Source: Myxococcota bacterium
Lineage (GTDB): Bacteria; Myxococcota_A; UBA9160; UBA6930
DNA: 63,196 nt
Assembly (NCBI GenBank): GCA_030065975.1
Contig: JASJCN010000010.1
Coordinates: 1 to 63,196 of the forward strand
Reading direction: 5' to 3'
The notes under the pieces were generated by a model that was given only the letters and a program-made list of their open reading frames with translations, was not told the DNA's origin and ran no database searches. Positions 35,782 to 44,289 of this stretch are shown piece by piece; the first letter of the stretch is position 1, and each line of letters begins with the position of its first letter. The translations under genes and the position numbers were made by a program.

Positions 35782-35994
35782 CAGCGAGCCATCCGCGAGA
35801 GGTCCGGGGCGGGGCGAACCGCCCCGCTCGGGCGCGGGACTCCACGCCGCCTTCCAGCCCAGAGCGTCTTCGAAGCCGCCATCCCCTCCCCCCGAGCTTC
35901 CCGAGCGAGCGCTTCGGTACGAGGCGCCTCGAGAGGCCCCCTCGGCGGCCCACAGTACCCGAATCCGTGCCTTCCCGAGAGTCCGTGAGGAGTT

Positions 35995-36702
35995 GTGTTC
36001 CGATCTGGTGTATTGTCAGAAACGTCCCCGGTAGAGAACCTGGCCGTGAGCATTCCCAAGCAAGAGCCTCCCCTAGTCGGCGTCGACGCCGTGCGGGCGC
36101 CCAGCACCTCGGGCTCGAACCCCGACATGGTGGAGTGGATCCTCGAGGCCGGCCTGCGCATCCTCGAGGCCGAGGGCCCCCCCGGTCTCACGGTGCAGCA
36201 CCTGGCCGAGCGCGCGGGTGTCGCCGTCGGCTCCTTGTATCGCCACTTCAAGAACAAGGAAGACATCATCGAGGCCGTCTACCGTCGGCAGCTCGACCAG
36301 GAGCTGAGCGCGATGGAGGAAGGTCAGGATGCCATCGCGAGCCTGCCCATCGAGGACTCCGTCCGCCTCTCGATGGAGCACGCCGTCGCACGCCACCGTC
36401 GGCTGCATCGCCTGCATCCCAAGTTCTACGAAGACAACGCCGCGCGCCTCTCGATCAGCACGTACAACCCCGACGCGAGCAACCGCGCGCGCGCGATGAT
36501 CGAGCAGTCGATCCGCAACCACCTCGACGAGGTGCGCTCCGATCTCGACGTCGACATGGCCTGCTTCATGATCCTCGAGGGTGTGAATGCCATCCTGCGC
36601 TCGGCCGTCGAGTCGCGGCACGACATCCTCGAACACCCGGAGTTCGCCGACGAGCTGGTGCGCCTGTTCACGGGCTACCTGACCAGCCGACCCGTCGAGT
36701 AG
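35995..36702 (+). CDS. TetR/AcrR family regulator
   Basis: ILEAG...LAERAGVAVGSLYRHFKNKE. The start is uncertain. Confidence 0.85.
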   Translation: MFRSGVLSETSPVENLAVSIPKQEPPLVGVDAVRAPSTSGSNPDMVEWILEAGLRILEAEGPPGLTVQHLAERAGVAVGSLYRHFKNKEDIIEAVYRRQLDQELSAMEEGQDAIASLPIEDSVRLSMEHAVARHRRLHRLHPKFYEDNAARLSISTYNPDASNRARAMIEQSIRNHLDEVRSDLDVDMACFMILEGVNAILRSAVESRHDILEHPEFADELVRLFTGYLTSRPVE

Positions 36703-37000
36703 GCTCGCCGCGCCGCGCCGCGCCGCGTCGCGCCGCGTCGGGTGGGACTGAACGCCCCGCTCCCAGGGGTCTCGCGGCCGCCCGCCGTCTCTCCCCAAGC
36801 CCTCGTCGCGCAAGCGCTTTCCCGATCGGCGGGCGACGCCTTCGGAATGGAGTGCGGGGCCCGCTTCGCTCATCCATGATCAGAGTACCCGCCAGCTCAC
36901 GTCATCCGGACGGGTGCCCGTGTGTGTATGGAGCCTCCTCGAGAACCTCTCGAGTCTATGCTGATCGTGGGTCGCCCGGAACGCGCGTCGGACTGAGGGG

Positions 37001-37030
37001 GAGCGGGCGCGCCCGGCGGCGCGCCCGCTC
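37001..37030. terminator. Perfect 13-bp GC hairpin
   Basis: GAGCGGGCGCGCC-CGGC-GGCGCGCCCGCTC in a convergent intergenic region. Confidence 0.55.
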
Positions 37031-37092
37031 GATCCATCGGGCCCCGTTCCCTCCGAGAGCCTGGCTGCGTCCGCGGCGTCAGCCTGCCCGCG

Positions 37093-37716
37093 CTAGAGCT
37101 GGGTGCGCGTGTTCTCGTCGATGGCCGCGTCGATCGCCTTCACGCCGTCCTCGTCGACGCCGAGGCGCTCCTTCAGGATCGAGCCGAACGACACGCGGTA
37201 GCGTTCGCCCCAGCGATCGGGCTTCCACAGGGCGGAGCGCACGAACGCCTTGGCGCAGTGGAAGAACACCTCTTCGGTGTGGATGCGCATGGCCAGCAGC
37301 GCCGGCTTGCCGCGCTCGTCGGTGAGCGACGCGAGCAGCTCCGGGTCCCGGGTGAGCTCCGCGCGGCCGTTCACGCGCAGGGTCTCGCTGGTTCCCGGCA
37401 CCAGGAAGAGCAGGCCGACCCGCGGGTTGGCCAGCACGTTCTGCAGGCCCATCGCGAGCTGGTTGCCGCGCCGCTCGGGGAACACCAGGGTGTGTGGGTC
37501 CTCGACGCGCACGAAGCCCGGAGCGTCGCCCTTCGGCGATGCGTCCAGCCGCCCCGCGGCGTCGCTCGTGGACATCACCAGGAAGGGAGAACGCGCGATG
37601 AAGCCGATGGCGGTCTCGTCGAGGTGATCGAAGATCTTGAGCGCCGTCACCGGACTCGGGCCGGGAAGGATCTCGCGCAGCGCTTCGGCGTCGGGGATTC
37701 GATGGGGGTCGGACAC
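37093..37716 (-). CDS. FMN-binding pyridoxamine 5'-phosphate oxidase-like protein (MSMEG_1061 family)
   Basis: DASPKGDAPGFV, RRGN, NPRVGLLFLVPG, ETLRVNGRA and FHCAKAF.RS.LW motifs. Confidence 0.88.
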   Translation of the reverse strand: MSDPHRIPDAEALREILPGPSPVTALKIFDHLDETAIGFIARSPFLVMSTSDAAGRLDASPKGDAPGFVRVEDPHTLVFPERRGNQLAMGLQNVLANPRVGLLFLVPGTSETLRVNGRAELTRDPELLASLTDERGKPALLAMRIHTEEVFFHCAKAFVRSALWKPDRWGERYRVSFGSILKERLGVDEDGVKAIDAAIDENTRTQL

Positions 37717-37771
37717 GGTGCTCCTCCAGTGGCGAGAGGCTAGCGTCCGGATCTGGTATCACTGCCCGGCC

Positions 37772-39418
37772 ATGTCGCTGCCCCGCGTCCTTCTCGTGTT
37801 CCCGATTCTGTGCCTCGGGCTCGTGGGGCTCGGCTGCGCGGACGACGGAGAGGGCGGGCCGGGCGCTCGCGCCACCACGGCGGCCGGCACCCTGCGGGTC
37901 ACCGCGCACGGGGCTGGCGTGCGCTCGTCGGACGCCGTCGTCCATCGCACGACCTGGGTCCGCGGCCCCGACTACGACGCCATGGAGGACAACGACCTGC
38001 GCGGCTTCCTCGACGGCCGCTTCGTCTACGGCTGGAACCAGCCGACCCAGGTCCACTCGCGCCTCGGCCGCCGGGGTACGCGGCCGCGCTGGGGCGAGAC
38101 CGAGCTCTTCCGCACGTTGGTCCGCTGGGACGAGATCTCGTTGCCGGCCGGCGCCCGGGTTCGGGACGCGAGCCTGACCCTCGCCGTCGAGAAGGGCCCA
38201 CGCCGCGGCCTCGACGTGATGCTCTATGCGGTGCGGCGCGACTGGAATCCGGGAGACGGCGGGGAGCAGCGCAACAACACGAGCCCGCCGAAGCCCGGCG
38301 AGTCGTGGTGGAACGCGGCCCGCGAGGGCAGCGAGCCCTGGGGACACCCCGGTGTCGGCTTCGCCTCGGACACCCATCCCGACGCCGACACCGGGGCGAT
38401 GGTGCTGGCGGAGACCCACTGGACTCCGGGGGAGGACCGTCTCGTGTTCCGCTCGACGGCGCTGGCGCGCCTGATCGAGGAGCGCGCCACGGCCGGCCAT
38501 CCCATCGGCCTGCTGGTCAAGCTCAGCGACGCGCTCGAGGACACGCCCGACACCGTGCTCTACCTCTACACCGGGAACTACGGCGACTTCCGAAACCCCG
38601 CACGGCGCCCGGTGCTCGAGGCGAGCTGGGAGGCGCCCCATGCGCTGGCCTCGCTCGAGCAGCCGATCCGGCTCGAGCTCGGCCGCAGCGTCGTGTTCGA
38701 TCGCCTGGCGGCCCCGGGCGCGCGCTTCGTGGCCGCGAGCTTCGAGCCCGATGAGTCCGGCGAGGCGCCCTTCGTCGAGGTGCGGGGCGCGCGCGAGGGC
38801 GATCCGCCCGGGCCGTGGCGCCCGGTGATCCACCCCCAGGCCGTCGAGTGGGACTGGCTCGAGGTGCGCGCCACGGCCGGCCACGACCCGGTCGCCCTCG
38901 GCGATGCGTTCGAGACGCGATTGCGCGACACCTGGGTGCGTACTGCGCCGCCGGAGGAGCAGGAGGTGGTCTTCTCCTTCGAGTCGCCGAGCGGAACGGA
39001 GACGCGGGTCCCGGCGACGTACGAGGGCGACTACACCTGGAGCGTCCGCTTCGTGCCAGACGAGATCGGTCGCTGGCGCTATCGCTATCGATCGCGCTTC
39101 GTGAAGCTCGAGGACCAGAGCCCCTACGGGCGCTTCGACGTGGTGGCGGCCGAGCTGCCGCGCGTGCGGTCGAGCCTCGAGCGGCTGCTCGCACGCTTGC
39201 GGAGCGAGTACCCCGAGCTCGACGACTCGCAGGTGCAGCCCCTCGCGCCGACGTTCTGGCGTCTCGAGCGAGCCGTGCACCAGCTGGCCACGCCGGACGA
39301 GCTCGCGAGCCCGGACGGGCGCGAGATCTACGCGCTGCTGACGGAGATCCGGCAGGCTCTCTCGGGACGCCGGGTGCCGGAGAAGGCCCGCGCGACGCCG
39401 ATGCGTCGGGAGTACTAG
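37772..39418 (+). CDS. Putative lipoprotein with DNRLRE-like and DUF5060-like domains
   Basis: Lipobox GLGC; RTLVRWD..LP.GARV.DA.LTL, WN...PW..PG; later WSVRFVPDEIGRWRYR. Confidence 0.6.
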   Translation: MSLPRVLLVFPILCLGLVGLGCADDGEGGPGARATTAAGTLRVTAHGAGVRSSDAVVHRTTWVRGPDYDAMEDNDLRGFLDGRFVYGWNQPTQVHSRLGRRGTRPRWGETELFRTLVRWDEISLPAGARVRDASLTLAVEKGPRRGLDVMLYAVRRDWNPGDGGEQRNNTSPPKPGESWWNAAREGSEPWGHPGVGFASDTHPDADTGAMVLAETHWTPGEDRLVFRSTALARLIEERATAGHPIGLLVKLSDALEDTPDTVLYLYTGNYGDFRNPARRPVLEASWEAPHALASLEQPIRLELGRSVVFDRLAAPGARFVAASFEPDESGEAPFVEVRGAREGDPPGPWRPVIHPQAVEWDWLEVRATAGHDPVALGDAFETRLRDTWVRTAPPEEQEVVFSFESPSGTETRVPATYEGDYTWSVRFVPDEIGRWRYRYRSRFVKLEDQSPYGRFDVVAAELPRVRSSLERLLARLRSEYPELDDSQVQPLAPTFWRLERAVHQLATPDELASPDGREIYALLTEIRQALSGRRVPEKARATPMRREY

Positions 39419-39424
39419 CCCCGA

Positions 39425-39766
39425 CTAGCCCAGCAGCTCGCCGAAGACCTCTTCGTTGAAGCCGACGATGACGTTCTTGCCGCTTCGAAGCGTCGGTGCA
39501 CGGAGGTTGCCCGTGGGCCCGAGCATGGCGTCCACCACGGCCTTCGGCGCCTTTCCGCCGGGCTCGAAGCGATCGACCTTCTTGCCCTTGGCGACGACGA
39601 CCTGGCGCGCCTCCTTCGCGAGCGCGGCCGCGTCGCTGCGTCCGAGCTTGCGGGATGCGGGAACGACTTCCTTCGCCTCGATTCCGCTGGCATCCAAGAA
39701 CTTGGATGCTCGAGTGCAGGACGTTCAGCCCTTGCGGTGGTAGTACCAGTCGACTCGCTTGGCCAT
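39425..39766 (-). CDS. ArsC/Spx-like thioredoxin-fold selenoprotein (U14-T-S-C17), 113 aa
   Basis: GGAGG RBS and ATG at 39766; MAKRVDWYYHRKG-TGA(39725-27)-TSC reads in frame into LGPTGNLRAPTLR..GFN; SECIS-like hairpin downstream. Confidence 0.88.
39690..39709 (-). promoter_or_regulatory. Candidate bacterial SECIS
   Basis: GCAUCCAA-GUUC-UUGGAUGC, an 8-bp stem starting at +16 after the UGA. Confidence 0.7.
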
Positions 39767-39897
39767 GAGGGGTCCTCCGTTCGAAGCCCAGGATCGCGTG
39801 CGGCAGCCCATGCGCAAGCGCGCCGCAGCCGGGTGCAGCCCGCGCGCAAGGACGCCGGGCGGTCGTCGAGTGCCCCGTTGCGAAACACCCCGAGGGC

Positions 39898-39924
39898 TAA
39901 AGGACCCGACTGTGCCGCCGATGA
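39898..39924 (+). promoter_or_regulatory. Sigma-28 (FliA/WhiG)-type promoter
   Basis: TAAA-N15-GCCGATGA versus the consensus TAAA-N15-GCCGATAA. Confidence 0.65.
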
Positions 39925-40017
39925 GACAGGGCGAGATCCTTTCGAGTTACCGTGCGCTTGAGCCACCCGGAGCGAAGGTCGCTCCCTCGGCCCAGACAGC
40001 TGCGGACCGGAAAGGGC

Positions 40018-40194
40018 ATGACAATGCGGATCCTGAACGTGGCCGTCATGGCGGCCATCCTGCTCTTGAGCACTGCCGCCTGGGCAGCTCAGGCCACGAC
40101 GGGCGTGGCCGAGACCCAGTCGACCCTCCTGATGGGAGCGGGCCTCGCCGGTCTCGTGATCGCCGGGAACCCGAGGGCAAGCGAGCAGGGCTGA
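40018..40194 (+). CDS. 58-aa mini-protein: signal peptide plus PEP-CTERM-like membrane segment
   Basis: Purine-rich GGAAAGGG before the ATG; signal peptide ending AWA; then VAETQSTLLMGAGLAGLVIAGNPR; a hairpin follows the stop. Confidence 0.6.
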   Translation: MTMRILNVAVMAAILLLSTAAWAAQATTGVAETQSTLLMGAGLAGLVIAGNPRASEQG

Positions 40195-40231
40195 TCCAAA
40201 GCGGGCTTCGCCCGCCTTGCGGGCCGGTCGT

Positions 40232-40717
40232 CTACTCGACGTCCGGCTCGCCCTCGTAGTAAGGGCGGATCTTCAGCAGCGCGCCCCCGACGGCCGTGGC
40301 CTTCGCCATGATGTCCTCGGGGATCGCGGCCTTGCGTCCTTCCTCGGCCGCGCTGTTCCGCAGCAGCGAGATCCGCTTGTAGATCGGGTGGGTCTCGTCG
40401 CGGCCCTCGCCGTCCTTCAGGCGCGCCAGGAGCCGCTTCGCCGAGCTGTTCATGACCCGGATGTCGTCGCGCGCCTGGTAGAAGGCGCGCTGGTTCACCT
40501 GGGTGACGTAGGTCGGCCGCGCAGCGAGGGAGCCGTCGAGCTCCGAGCAGGCGGCCACGAGCTCCTCGGCGTACTGGGTGACGCGCGCCTGGTCCCACGT
40601 TGCCGGCTCGCTGGCCGAAGCCGCCCCCGCGCTCAGCAGCAGGAGCGCCGCGGCCCCCAGGAAAAGGCTCATCCGGCGGGCGTTCCGCACGGGCTCGACA
40701 CGAAGAAACAAGCGCAT
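40232..40717 (-). CDS. Hypothetical secreted helical protein
   Basis: Signal peptide (LFLGAAALLLLSAGAASA) and typical codon usage. The start may be 40672. Confidence 0.7.
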   Translation of the reverse strand: MRLFLRVEPVRNARRMSLFLGAAALLLLSAGAASASEPATWDQARVTQYAEELVAACSELDGSLAARPTYVTQVNQRAFYQARDDIRVMNSSAKRLLARLKDGEGRDETHPIYKRISLLRNSAAEEGRKAAIPEDIMAKATAVGGALLKIRPYYEGEPDVE

Positions 40718-40834
40718 TCCATCCCCTCCACGGTTGCCGGCTGGGCCTGCCCCAACCCACCCCGTGGGATCGTATCACGCTCCCGTCCCACTGGGGCATA
40801 CACGGCGCTGGGGCGTGCACGGCTGGGGCCTGCA

Positions 40835-42067
40835 CTATTGGGCCTGATCGGGCCCGGGCAGCACCTTCATCTCGAGCTCGCGCTTCTGGATCCGGCGCCG
40901 CTCCTCCATCTGTCGCCACAGCTCGAGCTCCTCGGAGCGTCGCCGCAGCGCCTCGAGCAGGCGTCGTCGGTCGTCCTCGTTGCTGTCGGTCCCGGCGTCG
41001 TAGACCACGGCGCGCTCGGCGCTCGAGTCCTCGCCGTCCTCGCTGCGGGCCTCGACCCGTAGGAGATTCCGCCCGGGAGCGAGCCCCAGCAGGCCGTCGA
41101 AGGAGCCGTCCGGGAAGAGCCGCAGGGCCCGGGCGGGCTGGTCCGTGGTCTCGTTGCGCACGGTGAGCGACTCGATGCGTGCCAGGTCGAGGTTTCGCAG
41201 CCGCGCGATCAGCTCGGCCGGCCGGACGATCGACTCCGCCGTTCCTCCCGACAGCTCGGTCATCCGTTCGAGCAGAGGGATCGCCTCGGCGCCGTCGCGG
41301 CCCAGGGCGAAGGCGTAGAGCTGCACGTTCGCGAGCCCGGCGACCGCGGCCGACTCGATGGCGCGATCGTGGGCGCGCGTCGAATGCACCGGGAGGGTCG
41401 GGGCCCCGTCGGAGAGGAACACGATCCCGAGTCGCCGCTCGTAGCCGTCGCGCGTTCCGTGCTGGCCGCGGAGGCCCGGGCGCAGCGCCATCACGGAGCC
41501 GTCGATGGCCTTCGAGAAGTCGGTTCCGCCGAGACCGTGGGGGAAGTCCACTCGGATCGTGTCGAGGGCCGCCAGCAGCTCCTCCCGGGAGCTCCCGACC
41601 GGCGCGGCCAGGCGCACCGCATCCGAGAACGTGACGATGCCGACGCGGAAGCGGCGCGGGTCGAGGCGCTCGATCAGCGCCTTGGCCGCCTCGATCTCGC
41701 TGGCCAGGATGGTGTCGTCGAAGTCGCGCTTCTCGCCGAGCAGCCGAAGGGTGTGGGGGCGGATCGCGGGATGGCGCGCCAGGTCCGTGAGCAGCGCTGG
41801 ATCGGTTCTGCCCTCGGGGCCGTCCCCGTCGACGTCCACTCCGGTGTCGTGCAGCACGCTGTCCGAGATGTCGATGGCGATCACCAGGTCGTGGCGCACG
41901 CCCGCCGCCGAGCCCGCGCGGCCGCGGATCTCGATGAGCTCGGTCCCCACCTCGCGGGTCGAGGCGGTCGGCTCGTCGATCTCCACCTTGAAGCCGGCGC
42001 CGCGGCCAGGGCCCGGCACGAACGACAGGGTCAGCAGGATCGGGAGGAGCATCGCGAGCCCGCGCAT
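40835..42067 (-). CDS. Secreted VWA-domain protein (paralog 1)
   Basis: Signal peptide, MIDAS DISDS, GGT, FLSDG; DVDGDG insert. Confidence 0.8.
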   Translation of the reverse strand: MRGLAMLLPILLTLSFVPGPGRGAGFKVEIDEPTASTREVGTELIEIRGRAGSAAGVRHDLVIAIDISDSVLHDTGVDVDGDGPEGRTDPALLTDLARHPAIRPHTLRLLGEKRDFDDTILASEIEAAKALIERLDPRRFRVGIVTFSDAVRLAAPVGSSREELLAALDTIRVDFPHGLGGTDFSKAIDGSVMALRPGLRGQHGTRDGYERRLGIVFLSDGAPTLPVHSTRAHDRAIESAAVAGLANVQLYAFALGRDGAEAIPLLERMTELSGGTAESIVRPAELIARLRNLDLARIESLTVRNETTDQPARALRLFPDGSFDGLLGLAPGRNLLRVEARSEDGEDSSAERAVVYDAGTDSNEDDRRRLLEALRRRSEELELWRQMEERRRIQKRELEMKVLPGPDQAQ

Positions 42068-42117
42068 CCGTACAAGGATGCGGAAGCTTCGGGATCCCGT
42101 CACCCTCGCTGCCGCCC

Positions 42118-43101
42118 ATGTCCCCCGACTTCCGCCCCTTCGTCGAGGCACTCGAGGCTCGCCTCCCGCAGCACGCGCTGGCGGAGCCGGGCGCCCACGC
42201 GCGCTGGCGCGGCGGCACGGCCCCCGATCCGTACGGCTGTGCGGACGCCGCGAACATCCTCCACACCCTGGGAGCGCTGCCCCGGGACCCGGCCCTGCGC
42301 GCGGGCTTCGTGCGCCAGCTCCGGGCGTTGCAGGACCCGGAGACCGGGCGCTTCGTGGAGGGAAGCCACCATCCCACCCACACGACGGCCCACTGTCTCG
42401 GTGCCCTCCAGCTCTTCGACGCGCGCCCGCTGCACGCCCTCGCGAGCCTCGCCGAGCTGGAGGCGGCGGATGCCCTCGAGTCGTTCCTCGAGGGGCTCGA
42501 CTGGCGGGACGATCCGTGGCTGGCCTCGCACCAGGGGGCGGGCGCCTACGCGGCGCGAGTGCTGGCCGGCGAGGCCACGGCCTCCTTCGAGGACCGCTAC
42601 TTCGCGTGGCTGGCGCGGACCTGCGACCCGGCCACGGGGCTCTGGCGCGTAGGCTGCGTGACGCCTCCCTTCCGTTGGGGTGAGACGCGCTTCCCCCACC
42701 TCGCCGGCACCTTCCACTACCTGTTCAACCACGAGCACGCCCGGCGACCGCACCCGTACCCGGGCCCGCTGGTCGACACCTGCCTCGAGATGGAGGCGTC
42801 GGCGGAGTGGCCCTTCTCGCGAATGCTCGGCTTCGCCGAGATCGACTGGGTCTACTGCACCACCCGCGCCCTTCAGCAGAGCGGACACCGCGCGGCGGAT
42901 TGCCGGGCGGCTCTGCTTCGCTTCGCCGCGGCGCAGGCCGCCTTCCTCGCCGAGCTCGACTGGGAGCGCGACGACGCCCGGGATCTCCACGCGCTCTTCG
43001 GGGCGCTCTGCTCGGTGGCGGAGCTCCAGCGGGTGCTGCCCGCCGAGGTCGAGGTGGGGCGGCCGCTCTACCTGGTGTTGGACCGCCGCCCCTTCGTCTG
43101 A
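42118..43101 (+). CDS. Hypothetical protein (possibly prenyltransferase-like alpha/alpha toroid)
   Basis: Repeated LQDPETGRF and CDPATGLW QW-like motifs; His-rich conserved-looking segments. Confidence 0.55.
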   Translation: MSPDFRPFVEALEARLPQHALAEPGAHARWRGGTAPDPYGCADAANILHTLGALPRDPALRAGFVRQLRALQDPETGRFVEGSHHPTHTTAHCLGALQLFDARPLHALASLAELEAADALESFLEGLDWRDDPWLASHQGAGAYAARVLAGEATASFEDRYFAWLARTCDPATGLWRVGCVTPPFRWGETRFPHLAGTFHYLFNHEHARRPHPYPGPLVDTCLEMEASAEWPFSRMLGFAEIDWVYCTTRALQQSGHRAADCRAALLRFAAAQAAFLAELDWERDDARDLHALFGALCSVAELQRVLPAEVEVGRPLYLVLDRRPFV

Positions 43102-43117
43102 CCGTGCGCTCGAGGCG

Positions 43118-44170
43118 CTAGGCGATGCGGCTCCAGTCCTCGGCTCGCACCTCGTGCTGCAGCGGCTTGCCGGCCACGAAGCGCTCGATCTCGTCGATCG
43201 CGAGATCCACCATGCGCTCGCGCTCGGTGCCCAGCGCGCCCGCGATGTGCGGCGTGAGGAAGACGTTGTCGAGCTCGTAGAGCGGCGACTCCGGGGGCAG
43301 GATCTCCGGGTCGGTCGTGTCGATCACGGCATCCAGACGCCCGGACACGAGCTCGCGTTCGAGGGCCTCGCCGTCGACCAGGTGGCCCCGGGCCGTGTTG
43401 ATCAGCACGGCGCCGTCGGGCATCCGCGCGAGCCCGGTCGCATCGATCATGTGGCGCGTCTCGGGGAGCGCGGGTGCGTGCAGGCTCACCACGTCCGCGC
43501 GGGCGAGCAGCTCGTCGAGCGGCAGGGGCACGACGCCGAGGGCGCGCGCGTCGTCGTCCGAGAGGGTCGGGTCGTGGAGCAGGCACTCGAGGTCGAAAGG
43601 GCGCAGCAGCTCGATCACCCGGCGCCCGATGTGGGAGGCGCCGACGATGCCCACCCGTTTGCGATAGGCGCTCGGGTCGGGCACCTCGCGCGACCAGAGG
43701 CGGAATGTGCGCAGCTCGCGGTAGCGCCGCTGCAGGCGGAAGACGCGCTTGGTCGCGAAGAGGATGGCCGCGAGCGTGTACTCGGCGACGGGCAGGGCGT
43801 TGGCGGCGGCCGCCGACGTGACGCGGAGCCCGCGCTCGAAGCAGGCGTCGGTGACGTGGTTCTTCACGGTCCCGCTGGCGTGCATCACGGCCCGCAGGGA
43901 CGGGGCGCGATCGAGCACCTCGGGGGTGAGGGGCGGGCACCCCCAGGCCGTGAGCAGGATCTCCGCCCGGGCGAGCAGGGCCTCGGCCCGGGCGTCGGCG
44001 AGGTCGGTCAGGGGCTCCGGGTCGGGCAGCTCGCAGAGCCCCCGTAGCCGCTCGAGGTGCGCGCTGCGCACCATCCCCGCGGTGAGTGCGGGGGACATGA
44101 CGAGGACGGCGACCGGGCTGCTCAAGCGGCCTCCGGGGGCATGGGAGGGGCCGGGCAGGGTACCGCTCAC
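43118..44170 (-). CDS. D-2-hydroxyacid dehydrogenase family protein
   Basis: GIVGASHIG, VSLHAP, INTARG and TPHIAG motifs. Confidence 0.9.
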   Translation of the reverse strand: MSGTLPGPSHAPGGRLSSPVAVLVMSPALTAGMVRSAHLERLRGLCELPDPEPLTDLADARAEALLARAEILLTAWGCPPLTPEVLDRAPSLRAVMHASGTVKNHVTDACFERGLRVTSAAAANALPVAEYTLAAILFATKRVFRLQRRYRELRTFRLWSREVPDPSAYRKRVGIVGASHIGRRVIELLRPFDLECLLHDPTLSDDDARALGVVPLPLDELLARADVVSLHAPALPETRHMIDATGLARMPDGAVLINTARGHLVDGEALERELVSGRLDAVIDTTDPEILPPESPLYELDNVFLTPHIAGALGTERERMVDLAIDEIERFVAGKPLQHEVRAEDWSRIA

Positions 44171-44289
44171 CGGCCCTCAGACCACGCGATTCCCGTCCTC
44201 GAGACACCCTGTTCGGGACACCCATATGGGGGAAATCGCCCTCTCTGCGGGACCTACAGGGTTGCTCCCAACCGGTCGATGGTACCAGC

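Noticed and set aside
35782-35995. Guanidine riboswitch upstream of the ABC permease
   Set aside because: No ykkC core, ACGR hairpin pair or ykkC-III motif was seen on the minus strand.
39880-39955. Cyclic di-GMP-I (GEMM) riboswitch suggested by CTAAAG...GTTACCG
   Set aside because: The P1 GGCAAA/GAAA tetraloop architecture is not found. A sigma-28 promoter fits the same bases better.
44255-44282. Second sigma-28 promoter before the GGDEF-EAL gene (TACA-N16-GTCGATGG)
   Set aside because: Spacing is off by one and there are several mismatches, so it is too weak to call.
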